Counted from the stretch's first letter, positions 9,429 through 18,402 are shown. The stretch is DNA of 64,000 nucleotides from an uncultured Candidatus Saccharibacteria bacterium (GCA_964596595.1 CAZQUI010000003.1:979-64978); one strand, 5' to 3'. Notes: generated by a model from the sequence alone, not told the origin. Numbers and translations: made by a program.

Positions 9429-10703
9429 CTAAAGTGGCAAATTAACTGGTGCCTCAGCTTTTTTAGATGAAACACGTTCTAATCCTGGTGTAGCAGCCAC
9501 AGATCCTGGTAGATGATATAAAGTAGCCAATTCTTCAGCGTTAAGTATCATTGGTTTACTTTTGTAAGGTTCATAAAAATACCCTCGACGTTTATAAGCT
9601 TTCAAAAATTGAATTGAAGCAAAATTTTTACGTTTACCTTTGTAATCTTCCCAAGGGTAACCCTTAAAACCTGACGGCCCAGCACTTCCCGGTTTAAAAC
9701 CATTTAGATTCTCCGTTGAAAATTGTTTAAAACTAGCAATAACACCACCAACTCCAAATGGTGTATTAAAAACATCTTTTTTTGCTAAATACATTGTTCT
9801 AATACCCACATCAAATGCCACTTTACTTAAGCTTCGTTCTATTGCCGCTATAGTATCTTGTTCTCCTTTTGAAAGAGTTGGTTGAATAGTTATTCCAGAT
9901 TTTTCATCTTTTTTTCCCGCAACTTTAGTTTTAGGATCACGTTTCATCATTTCGTTAACTATTTTCTCTGCGCTATCTTTCCAAACATCAGTTTTTTTCC
10001 ATAGATGACCTGGTTTAATTTGATCTTTTTTGTGAGCTCGAACAATAAACTGGAACCAGACTTGTTGATTTGGACCAACACTTCCTAAAAATTCTAATAC
10101 CGGAACTAAAGGATCGACTTTGTATTCTTCTTTTGGATCTCTGTCTAAACCATAATCTACATAAGTTTTAATTGGATAAGCATCATTTTTTACTAATTCA
10201 AATTCTGTTCCCCACATTTTCATTGTTTCAGGATCAAAGTGAACTGATTTTGCATAATCTTCTTTATCGATAATTTCTATGCCAGGAAATTGAGAATATA
10301 AAGCGGACATTACTCCTCCTTTGCGGCGATCTTCACACCAAATAAAAAATTTAACTTGCCCTTCAATTGAAATTAATTCCAGAGAATAATATGGTCGATA
10401 TTCTCCCTTCCAAAATTGAGTATAGAGACTACCATCTGCTGTATTGTGAATTGCATGAAGAAAAGTCTCCATGGCAAGAGGAGATTTGAAAGTATCTTTT
10501 GGAAGACGTAGTTCCAAAGTGGCATATTTTAGAGAAAGATAAAATTTTGATCTAACATAGCGAACCCATAGTCCAGCCAAAATACTGGCCAAAATAAGAG
10601 TCAGTATGACCGGTGATACATAGATCACAAATTGAATAACTTGAGGTAATAGATCCGTTTGAAATTCTTTTATTAGAGTAGCGATAGACTGTTCAATAGT
10701 CAT
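9429..10703 (-). CDS. hypothetical membrane protein (one N-terminal TM helix, large soluble domain)
   Basis: TM segment VIYVSPVILTLILASILAGLWV and no Walker motif. The C-terminal motif ...LNAEELATLYHLPGS looks family-like but I cannot name it. Confidence 0.45.
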   Translation of the reverse strand: MTIEQSIATLIKEFQTDLLPQVIQFVIYVSPVILTLILASILAGLWVRYVRSKFYLSLKYATLELRLPKDTFKSPLAMETFLHAIHNTADGSLYTQFWKGEYRPYYSLELISIEGQVKFFIWCEDRRKGGVMSALYSQFPGIEIIDKEDYAKSVHFDPETMKMWGTEFELVKNDAYPIKTYVDYGLDRDPKEEYKVDPLVPVLEFLGSVGPNQQVWFQFIVRAHKKDQIKPGHLWKKTDVWKDSAEKIVNEMMKRDPKTKVAGKKDEKSGITIQPTLSKGEQDTIAAIERSLSKVAFDVGIRTMYLAKKDVFNTPFGVGGVIASFKQFSTENLNGFKPGSAGPSGFKGYPWEDYKGKRKNFASIQFLKAYKRRGYFYEPYKSKPMILNAEELATLYHLPGSVAATPGLERVSSKKAEAPVNLPL

Positions 10704-10802
10704 ACTAGATTATTATAGCAAATAATAAAAACCTGAGATATGGAGAATACTTATTCAAAAAAACAAAAAATGAAACAGTTGAGTGTTTCATTTTTTGTAC
10801 TT

Positions 10803-11849
10803 TTACTTATTTTCTACTGGGTAATATTTACCATCCTTATCTCGTCTAAAGTGTTTTGGATTTTGAAGATTTACAATAATAGTATTTTCTTTTACGTAGC
10901 GTTCTTTCATAACCTTATCGATAATTTCTTCTTTTGTCATTGGACCATTTTTATCAATAACTGAACGAATTACGTCTCTAACTACCCCTGGGGCATATCC
11001 CCATTCAGCCAAGGCATACAATCCTCGACCGACTAAAACAAATCGAGGATCTTTAATGAGTTCGTTATGGGTTGTGGCAATGTGAGCCTTTTTGTTAAAA
11101 ATTTCAGTAATTTGCTTTGCCACATCACGAAAGTGAATTGGTGAACCATGTTTACGAACTACCAAGAATGCATAATCACGCATTCCTTTTGTTTTAATGT
11201 TTGAAGATTGAGAAATACCCCAGTCACCAAGAGCATTTTTACCAACAATTTTTGAAAGATGCAGCCAACGACGAACAACCTCCTGATTTTTATGTCGTTC
11301 AGAAACTTCTTCAAGATGACGAAGGAAACGGCTAACCATTTCTGATTCAGGTAAAAGTTCCTGATTACTAAGATTGCTATATAGTTTAGTCAAAGCGTCT
11401 TCGACTTTATGGGAGAGTTCTTCATTTACATGCCATCGATGACGGAAATTATCATCTTCTTTTTTCTTACGAAATGGTTCACCAACAACCAAAAGAAAGT
11501 AAATGTGATTTTGTAAACTTTTATCTTTTGATATTGATCCGAGAAAATCATCTTCAACAACAATACCTCCCAAAGAATGAAGTAAGGTTTCAATTTCGGC
11601 AAAAGCACTTTTTTCCTGTTTATACTCTTCTGATTTACGAATATTCATTATTCCATAGTTCTCGATTTGTCGAACTCGTTCACGAGTAATACCGTATTTT
11701 TTACCAATAGCATCGAGAGTCATACGCTTAGAATCCTTTCCTAAACCATAACGAAAAACCAAGATATCATATGCCCTTTCTGGTAAAGAAGAGAGCAGAC
11801 GTTTTACAACTTGCTTAGGCTTAAATGAAATTGATATTGAAGTGGCCAT
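10803..11849 (-). CDS. DNA-binding protein with an N-terminal sigma-70 region-4-like HTH and a C-terminal HARE-HTH-like domain
   Basis: N-terminal LPERAYDILVFRYGL...MTLDAIGKKYGITRERVRQIE resembles sigma-70 region 4. C-terminal MRDYAFLVVRKHGSPIHFRDVAKQITEIF resembles the RpoE-delta / HARE-HTH module. Confidence 0.5.
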   Translation of the reverse strand: MATSISISFKPKQVVKRLLSSLPERAYDILVFRYGLGKDSKRMTLDAIGKKYGITRERVRQIENYGIMNIRKSEEYKQEKSAFAEIETLLHSLGGIVVEDDFLGSISKDKSLQNHIYFLLVVGEPFRKKKEDDNFRHRWHVNEELSHKVEDALTKLYSNLSNQELLPESEMVSRFLRHLEEVSERHKNQEVVRRWLHLSKIVGKNALGDWGISQSSNIKTKGMRDYAFLVVRKHGSPIHFRDVAKQITEIFNKKAHIATTHNELIKDPRFVLVGRGLYALAEWGYAPGVVRDVIRSVIDKNGPMTKEEIIDKVMKERYVKENTIIVNLQNPKHFRRDKDGKYYPVENK

Positions 11850-11908
11850 ATAATTGAATGCTTATAAGTATTACTTTTTTATCATTATTTTGTAAATAAG
11901 TCAATTTT

Positions 11909-14905
11909 TTAGGATTTATCGACAACCACGAAATTAACCAATCTATCTGGAACCACGATCACTTTCTTAATAACCTTGTCATTGAGCCATTTTTCAATAT
12001 CTTTAAGATTTTTTGCTTTTTCTTCTAATTCTTGACGAGATAATCCTTTTAAGACCTCAAATGTAGCTCTGGTTTTACCATTTACCTGAATAACAATTTC
12101 AATCTTATTCTCAATAATTTGATTGGGGTCATATTTAGGCCACAGAGAAATATGAATTGATTTTTTATTTCCCAAATTTATCCAAATTTCTTCTGCAACA
12201 TGGGGTGCAAATGGAGCAATAAGTTTTAATATCGTTTCAAATTGTTCTCGAGTAATACTACCGATTTTTTCTATTTCATTAACAGTAATCATAAGAGAAC
12301 TAATTGCGGTATTAAATCTCAAATTTTCAATGTCCTCAGTAACTTTTTTTATAGACTTATTAATAATTGTATTAACACTGACTTTCAAATCTTCACTTTC
12401 AAAATTCTTTTTCAAAATCGTAGTTAACCTCCAAATTTTTTCTATAAATCGTCTAGATCCAACTATTCCTGATGTGCTCCATGCAATTTGTTGATCAAAC
12501 GGACCCATGAACATCTCATAAATTCTCAAAGTATCTGCACCATATAATTTTACAATCTCATCTGGGTTCACAACATTTCCATATCTTTTTGACATTTTAC
12601 GTCCATCTTCTCCCATAATCAGTCCAACATGCTGTAGTTTCGTAAATGGCTCAATATCAGTAACGACACCGAGGTCGTATAAAAACTTATGCCAAAATCT
12701 AGCATAAATAAGATGACGAGTGGCATGTTCAGCCCCACCAACATACAGATTAACTGAAGACCAATATTTTTCTTTTTTCTGATCCACCAAAACTTTTGAA
12801 TTTTTTGGATCCATATAACGAAGATAGTACCACGATGAACCTGCCCATTGAGGCATGGTATTAGTTTCACGTTTAGCAGGACTTTTACACCTTGGACACT
12901 TAACATTTACCCATTTTGAAATTGCAGCAAGTGGAGACTCGCCTGTTCCCGTTGGCTCATATGATTTTACTTTTGGAAGTTTTACAGGCAAATCCTTATC
13001 AGGAACAGCCACAACCCCACAATCGCGACAATGAATGACTGGAATTGGTTCTCCCCAATAACGCTGACGAGAAAATACCCAGTCACGTAATTTATAATTT
13101 ACCGTTCGAACTCCAAAACCTTTATGAACAATATGATCAATTATCTCTGTACGTGCTTCTCCCCACTTTCTACCTTTAAATTTTGTCGGCTCAATTAAAA
13201 CACCATTTATATCTCGCGCATAGCAATACTCTAGATTTCTAACTTTTTCTGCTTCAATTTGATTCTCAGGAAAACAAACAGGGTGCAGAGGTATATTATA
13301 TTTTTTAGCAAAAGCAAAATCTCTAACATCGTGAGCACTGGCATTTACTATTCCAGTACCATAATCCGCGACCACATATGAGGCTATCCAAATTGGCAAA
13401 TCTCTCCCAGTATCAGCAAACTGTTCGATATATCTTCCTGTAAAAATTCCTTCCATATCTTTTTCAATATCAAAACGATTTGCAGCTTTTCGAGCTTTTA
13501 ATTCCTCAACAAAAGCCATAACTTCTTTTTCTTTTGGTGTACCTTTGACCAATTTCTCAACCAAAGGGTGCTCAGCAGCAATAACAGTAAAAGTTTCAGC
13601 GTGGTATGACTGGGGCACAGAATTATACATTTCAACAGGAATATTCAGATCTTTTACGTTACATTTAAAATTAACTCCTTCACTTTTACCAATCCAATTT
13701 TTTTGAAGCTCTTTTATGGAAAAAGGCCAATCAAGTATAGGCTTTAATGGTTCTTCTTTTGTTCCATCTTTAATTCTTTCTAACCAAATAGATAATTCAG
13801 AATTAACCATTTTTCCCGGAATGTAATCTTTTTCGTCGACCCAAAGAACTTCATCGTCTTTGTTTTCGTCAGCAGATATCGGAACCCGCGCATTACTTTT
13901 GAGTTCAAAATATACCGCCTGAGCAATTGCTATCCTATTTTCTCCTTTGTGTTTTGTATAATAATGAGCCTCAGTAGGACCACCTAAAATACGCTTAAAC
14001 TCTAAATCTGTATAACCCGTTTCTTCTCGTAATTCACGACGAGCAGCCTCAATAGGACTTTCACCATTTTCTATACCTCCAATAACCGTTGTGTCCCAAC
14101 CAAATTTTTTATTACGAATAATTAAATATTTTTTGGTACTTGGATCAAAAACAATAGCGTGAACAACCATTCTTTTTACGATCGGTTTACCTGCCTGATG
14201 AGGATTTTTCCAATCGACGATCCGAGGCATGACATATTTTTTTGTAGCATCAAGATCCTTTAGGAGTCTTTCGGCGTAATCGGTAATTCTCAATACCCAT
14301 TGTCGCATTGGCTTTTTCTCCACTGGGGTACCACAACGTTCACAACGACCATTTTCAATATCTTCATTTGCCAAACCAGTTTTATCTACAGGACACCAGT
14401 TAATTGGTTCGTAAGATTCGTAAGCCAAACCTTTTTTAAAAAGTTGGAGAAAAATCCATTGAGTCCATTTGTAATATTTTGGATCTGTAGTATTTACTTC
14501 CCTAGACCAATCGTAATCAAAACCAAGAATTTCTAATTGTTTTTTGTAACGTTCAACATTTTTTTTGACGGCTTTTTCTGGATGAGTTTTTGTTTTTAAA
14601 GCATAATTTTCTGCAGGTAAACCAAATGCGTCGAAACCCATTGGATGCAAAACGCTTTTACCTTGCATACGTTTCATTCTGGAAATAATATCTGTTGCAA
14701 TATAACCTTTTGGATGACCAACATGTAAACCATCCCCCGAAGGATATGGGAACATATCTAAAACATAAAATTTTTCTTTTTTAGAATCTTCTTCAGTCTT
14801 GTAAATTTTTGATGTAGCCCATTTCTTTTGCCACTTTTTTTCGATCTTATTATGGTCATAAGTCTGGAACTTGGTAATTTTTGGTAAAGACTTTTTCATG
14901 TACAT
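11909..14905 (-). CDS. leuS: leucyl-tRNA synthetase carrying an inserted NUDIX hydrolase domain
   Basis: HVGHPKGY (HIGH) and KMSKR (KMSKS) motifs, the RLRDWVFSRQRYWGEPIP block and a C-terminal anticodon-binding region are all present. The start is placed at MYMKKSLP (14905 or 14899) rather than the upstream extension. Residues about 266-405 form a NUDIX fold with a perfect Nudix box GGIENGESPIEAARRELREETGY. Confidence 0.9.
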   Translation of the reverse strand: MYMKKSLPKITKFQTYDHNKIEKKWQKKWATSKIYKTEEDSKKEKFYVLDMFPYPSGDGLHVGHPKGYIATDIISRMKRMQGKSVLHPMGFDAFGLPAENYALKTKTHPEKAVKKNVERYKKQLEILGFDYDWSREVNTTDPKYYKWTQWIFLQLFKKGLAYESYEPINWCPVDKTGLANEDIENGRCERCGTPVEKKPMRQWVLRITDYAERLLKDLDATKKYVMPRIVDWKNPHQAGKPIVKRMVVHAIVFDPSTKKYLIIRNKKFGWDTTVIGGIENGESPIEAARRELREETGYTDLEFKRILGGPTEAHYYTKHKGENRIAIAQAVYFELKSNARVPISADENKDDEVLWVDEKDYIPGKMVNSELSIWLERIKDGTKEEPLKPILDWPFSIKELQKNWIGKSEGVNFKCNVKDLNIPVEMYNSVPQSYHAETFTVIAAEHPLVEKLVKGTPKEKEVMAFVEELKARKAANRFDIEKDMEGIFTGRYIEQFADTGRDLPIWIASYVVADYGTGIVNASAHDVRDFAFAKKYNIPLHPVCFPENQIEAEKVRNLEYCYARDINGVLIEPTKFKGRKWGEARTEIIDHIVHKGFGVRTVNYKLRDWVFSRQRYWGEPIPVIHCRDCGVVAVPDKDLPVKLPKVKSYEPTGTGESPLAAISKWVNVKCPRCKSPAKRETNTMPQWAGSSWYYLRYMDPKNSKVLVDQKKEKYWSSVNLYVGGAEHATRHLIYARFWHKFLYDLGVVTDIEPFTKLQHVGLIMGEDGRKMSKRYGNVVNPDEIVKLYGADTLRIYEMFMGPFDQQIAWSTSGIVGSRRFIEKIWRLTTILKKNFESEDLKVSVNTIINKSIKKVTEDIENLRFNTAISSLMITVNEIEKIGSITREQFETILKLIAPFAPHVAEEIWINLGNKKSIHISLWPKYDPNQIIENKIEIVIQVNGKTRATFEVLKGLSRQELEEKAKNLKDIEKWLNDKVIKKVIVVPDRLVNFVVVDKS
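13769..14188 (-). other. NUDIX hydrolase domain inserted in LeuRS between ...ITDYAERLLKDLD and DWPFSIKELQKNWIG
   Basis: GX5EX7REUXEEXGU box at residues about 302-324 (DNA about 14012-14080). The flanking LeuRS sequence aligns to E. coli LeuRS [24 protein letters not shown] with no gap, apart from the roughly 170-residue insert. Confidence 0.8.
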
Positions 14906-14935
14906 GACATCATATATCAAAACTCGGCAAGACAC

Positions 14936-14976
14936 AAAAAAAGACCCTCTCTCGGTCGCACTTCCGAGAGGGGTCT
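14936..14976 (-). terminator. hairpin plus U-run 30 nt upstream of the leuS start; terminator of the small upstream ORF or a leader attenuator
   Basis: On the minus strand: agacccctctcgg-aagtgcgac-cgagagagggtct followed by T7. Confidence 0.6.
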
Positions 14977-15005
14977 GTACCAACTTGTTGTGTTTAGGAT
15001 TTAAA

Positions 15006-15182
15006 CTAAAACAAGCCTACCGTATTAAAATTCTTACTTACTACCCAAACAACAAGAACCAAAAATCCTACAAATGCCATGAAACCCAAACTCTTTTTCT
15101 CCAAAAAAGAGGGTACACGGCTAAAAGTTTGATCGAATTCATGATTCCGTACCCAACTTGAACGCCTGATCCTTCTTCTCAT
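15006..15182 (-). CDS. small ORF (58 aa) with a C-terminal hydrophobic helix, in the leuS upstream region
   Basis: My own translation: MRRRIRRSSWVRNHEFDQTFSRVPSFLEKKSLGFMAFVGFLVLVVWVVSKNFNTVGLF. It is preceded by a good SD (AGAAGGAAAATATG) and falls below the 60 aa ORF-track cutoff. Confidence 0.4.
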   Translation of the reverse strand: MRRRIRRSSWVRNHEFDQTFSRVPSFLEKKSLGFMAFVGFLVLVVWVVSKNFNTVGLF

Positions 15183-15215
15183 ATTTTCCTTCTTATGTTC
15201 AGTTTACTAATTAAT

Positions 15216-15243
15216 ATTGTAACATAGTTTAAGAATAAATCAA
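15216..15243 (-). promoter_or_regulatory. sigma-70-like promoter (TTGATT, 16 nt spacer, TACAAT) reading toward the small ORF and leuS
   Basis: Read on the minus strand directly downstream of the 15248-15271 terminator. Confidence 0.45.
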
Positions 15244-15247
15244 TAGC

Positions 15248-15271
15248 AAAAAAGCACCCTTTCGAGTGCTT
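15248..15271 (-). terminator. rho-independent terminator after the 15297-16160 gene
   Basis: On the minus strand: aagcac-tcgaaagg-gtgctt followed by TTTTTT. Confidence 0.6.
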
Positions 15272-15296
15272 ATGATTTTAGAAAAATAGAGTTCTG

Positions 15297-16160
15297 TTAC
15301 CACGGTCTTTCAAAACCAATGATTAAGCGACCCTTATCTTCTTTCGGTCTTTCTTTAACGGTTAGACCTACAAAAAACCTCCCTCCATCAATCTTGTGGT
15401 AAACCTTGACACTCCACCTTCTGTCCCAATCTGGAGGATCAATGCTTTGAATAATTCCACCCGAAAGAAATGTTTTGTCACTTACGGGTACCGAGAGTAA
15501 AGCTTCAATATCACTGGCCATAATATCCCCAGAAATAAGATCTCCATAATGATAACGAATATCTCCAAAGATTATCGTTTCTTTATGCTTAGTAACTGTA
15601 AATGCAGCATAAGCATAATCCAACCTTATCCCGTATCGAGGTTCAATGTGACCAGTAATTCTTTTCCAATAAGAAACCTCTTCTGTTGTGTATAAAGTTT
15701 TTTTAGCATCAATTTCCTCTTCTCTGGTGTTACCGATAGAATTTCGAAATAATCTAGCCAAAAAAGAATCTTGATTCGAAGCTCGATAGATAAACGGCAC
15801 GTCTTTTAAAACTTCTCTACTGGCGTTTAAAGTCGTTTTTTTGACTAAATTTTTACCAATTGAAGCTTTTCTTTCATCAAACTCTTCAATACTTTTTGAA
15901 GATAAAACCTCAAACATGGTATTGAATGGATGCAAACTTCTAACCGAGAGACTTTCAGAACGTTCTTTAAAATAAAAACGAAAACGTTCTGAAATATTTT
16001 CTGGGAGTTTTGATTGCTCCAAATGAATCCGACGAACATCAACAACAAGTGTTGATTGGTTGGTTTTTTGTAAACGAGACTGGTTTACAGTGTTTGTAAC
16101 ACTCTCTTGAGCCAGCAAACGAAATACTAAGCACAAGAGTATAAAGAATATTTTTTTCAA
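15297..16160 (-). CDS. hypothetical secreted protein
   Basis: N-terminal signal peptide MKKIFFILLCLVFRLLAQ; no recognised domain. Confidence 0.55.
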   Translation of the reverse strand: MKKIFFILLCLVFRLLAQESVTNTVNQSRLQKTNQSTLVVDVRRIHLEQSKLPENISERFRFYFKERSESLSVRSLHPFNTMFEVLSSKSIEEFDERKASIGKNLVKKTTLNASREVLKDVPFIYRASNQDSFLARLFRNSIGNTREEEIDAKKTLYTTEEVSYWKRITGHIEPRYGIRLDYAYAAFTVTKHKETIIFGDIRYHYGDLISGDIMASDIEALLSVPVSDKTFLSGGIIQSIDPPDWDRRWSVKVYHKIDGGRFFVGLTVKERPKEDKGRLIIGFERPW

Positions 16161-16561
16161 AATACCTCCTATTTTGGGCCTTTATTTAAGGCTTATTAAA
16201 GATCTGCTGGAGGTATGTTACACCCCCTTAAAAACTTAGCAATAGATGATGTTTTGATTACTTTATTTTTTATAACTCTATAAAATATCCGGCTCATAAA
16301 AATCAAAACCCCACTTTCGCTTACGCTAATCATGAGGGTTCGGATCAGTGAAAAATCAAGAATATTTAATTTGAATGTTGAAGACGTCTGGGTTCTGCCA
16401 GATGAGGTTTCCAATCGCTTCATCTGCAGTTTTTCCAGAACCCCATATGTCAGGCCGATCTTCCAAACAGACGTGATAGTCGTTGCTTCTCCGAGTAACA
16501 ATGATTTTCATAAGGCATTTCCGTTAAAGGTTTACCTTAATGAGGATTGGGTGTCAAGGTT

Positions 16562-16725
16562 TTAAATCTTAAACTCGATCGCACCACCGTCTTCTTCCAA
16601 CAGAAAACCCACCTCTCGTACATGGATTTTCCATGTTGAGATGGTGGGTTTAGAAGTTTCTGATGATTTCAATTTCGAGCCGACTATCTTTGATAAGACA
16701 CCCAATTGCAACTAAGTCATGAACT
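16562..16725 (-). pseudogene. decayed duplicate of the ychF 3-prime end (TGS-domain-like remnant)
   Basis: The 16-nt string tttaaatcttaaactc occurs both here (16562) and at the true ychF stop (16912). The minus-strand translation ends ...REVGFLLEEDGGAIEFKI*, compared with the true YchF end ...EGKEYIVKDGDVVEFKI*. The frame is closed by two TAG codons upstream, with no start. Confidence 0.4.
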
Positions 16726-16856
16726 CAACCCGCTACAACTTTTTCCATTTCCCCGTATCGTTCACGATTGATTTCAGGGAGACCTTGAACGTGAGCATCG
16801 TATGCTTCACTGTACTTAGGATCTCGACACCTTTCGACAAGAATCGTATATTTCAT
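16725..16856 (-). CDS. small ORF (43 aa), unknown function
   Basis: My own translation: MKYTILVERCRDPKYSEAYDAHVQGLPEINRERYGEMEKVVAG. It is preceded by the SD GAAAGGATTTGAGTGATG. Confidence 0.3.
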   Translation of the reverse strand: MKYTILVERCRDPKYSEAYDAHVQGLPEINRERYGEMEKVVAG

Positions 16857-16913
16857 CACTCAAATCCTTTCTAAACAGATAGTAACATGAAATATACATA
16901 CTGTCTATAGTAT

Positions 16914-18011
16914 TTAAATCTTAAACTCCACCACATCTCCATCCTTCACAATATATTCTTTCCCTTCTGTACGTATCAATCCTTTTTCACGAGCAGCCGC
17001 AAAAGAACCGGCTGACAAAAGTTTGTCCCATTCAATAATCTCGGCACGAACGAATTTGTCTTTAAAATCAGTATGAATAGCAGTGCCAGCCATAGGTGCA
17101 GTCCAACCACGACCAATAGTCCAAGCACGGGTTTCATCTTGGCCAGTGGTAAAGTAAGTCACTAGATCCAATAATTCATAACCTTTTTTGATAAGGTTAT
17201 CTATACCATCATCTTTAGCCCCTAAACTTTCTCGAAACTCTTTCTTTTCAGCAGCCTCGAGATCTTTGAGTTCATGTTCTATACCTGCATCAACAATGAC
17301 CCATTTAGCATTATTTCCTTTAAAGAAATTCACCAGAGCCTGATATCGCTCATCATTTAATTCATCCAAATTTTTACCTCCAGCCTTTTTATTAAGTACA
17401 TACATAAATGGTTTTGAGGTTAGCAAATGAAGTGATTTCAAAAACGGAGCTTCAAATTCATTTGGCGTTATCGAAGAAGCAAGTTTTTCAGCTTCTAGGG
17501 CAGATTTTATACGCTCCAACAGTCCATGTTCTACCAGAGCCTCTTTCTTCCCTGCCCTCACTTCTTTGCCAAGATTATTTAATCTTTTTGTGACAGTTTG
17601 AAGATCAGCGAGTATAAGTTCTAGATTTATAACACCGATATCTTGAAGCGGATTGATCTTGCCATCGACGTGAATAATATTGTCATCTTCAAATATCCGA
17701 ACCACCTGAGCAATAGCATCAGTCTCACGAATATTAGAGAGAAATTGATTTCCTAAACCTTCACCATCGGAAGCCCCTTTTACTAAACCTGCTATATCTA
17801 CAAACTCTATAGCTGCAGGAACAGTTTTGGCTGATTGAGAAAATTCTGAGAGTTTCCATAGACGATTATCCGGCACAGCTACCACACCAACCGATGGGTC
17901 AATAGTTGCAAAAGGATAATTAGCTACCAAAACACTCTTTCGGGTAAGAGCATTAAAAAGTGTTGATTTACCGACGTTGGGAAGGCCGACTATACCTATA
18001 GATAAAGACAT
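16914..18011 (-). CDS. ychF: ribosome-binding ATPase YchF (Obg-family GTPase)
   Basis: MSLSIGIVGLPNVGKSTLFNALT G1 motif; TGS-like C-terminus ending DGDVVEFKI. Confidence 0.9.
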   Translation of the reverse strand: MSLSIGIVGLPNVGKSTLFNALTRKSVLVANYPFATIDPSVGVVAVPDNRLWKLSEFSQSAKTVPAAIEFVDIAGLVKGASDGEGLGNQFLSNIRETDAIAQVVRIFEDDNIIHVDGKINPLQDIGVINLELILADLQTVTKRLNNLGKEVRAGKKEALVEHGLLERIKSALEAEKLASSITPNEFEAPFLKSLHLLTSKPFMYVLNKKAGGKNLDELNDERYQALVNFFKGNNAKWVIVDAGIEHELKDLEAAEKKEFRESLGAKDDGIDNLIKKGYELLDLVTYFTTGQDETRAWTIGRGWTAPMAGTAIHTDFKDKFVRAEIIEWDKLLSAGSFAAAREKGLIRTEGKEYIVKDGDVVEFKI

Positions 18012-18066
18012 GAAAGATAGCTTAACACGATGGATGTTTAGGAGCTACTTTTTGAAAAAATCCTAA

Positions 18067-18294
18067 TTACGAACTACTCTTCATTATTTCTGCAAGTTCA
18101 CTCTGATGAGCTTTCATAACAACCATAGCTGCATCTTGTTGACCCATACCAGCATCTACTTTTACTTTTATTTCATCTGCAATTTTTTTAAATAAAACAG
18201 GATTCTTTTCGATCATATTGATAAACATTTCAATCTGATCATCCGGCACGCCTTTAAGTTGTTTCTTTACGAGAGCCTTAAGGAAAAAATTCAT
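18067..18294 (-). CDS. hypothetical small protein (75 aa)
   Basis: Clean ORF with typical local codon usage; no recognised motif. Confidence 0.4.
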   Translation of the reverse strand: MNFFLKALVKKQLKGVPDDQIEMFINMIEKNPVLFKKIADEIKVKVDAGMGQQDAAMVVMKAHQSELAEIMKSSS

Positions 18295-18342
18295 ATTTTT
18301 ATATTATTTATTTAGAAAAGAATATCATGATTCTGGAAATAT

Positions 18343-18381
18343 AAAAACCGCCTGAATATCTCAATTCAAGCGGTTGTTTTT
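18343..18381. terminator. bidirectional hairpin (aaccgc ... gcggtt) flanked by an A-run and a T-run
   Basis: 6-bp GC-rich stem with an 18-nt loop; A5 before it and T5 after it. Confidence 0.4.
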
Positions 18382-18402
18382 GTCACCATCAAACTACTAA
18401 AT

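Noticed and set aside
14871-15161. 96-aa plus-strand ORF across the leuS start and leader
   Set aside because: It overlaps the leuS N-terminus and the minus-strand leader elements, has no SD, and looks like a chance frame.
14984-15296. T-box riboswitch upstream of leuS
   Set aside because: The leader length and the terminator hairpin just before the start codon fit the idea. However, I found no T-box consensus (AAnnnGGGTGGnACCGCG; no ccaccc on the plus strand) and no obvious specifier-loop context on the minus strand. It is reported only as a generic leader/attenuator.
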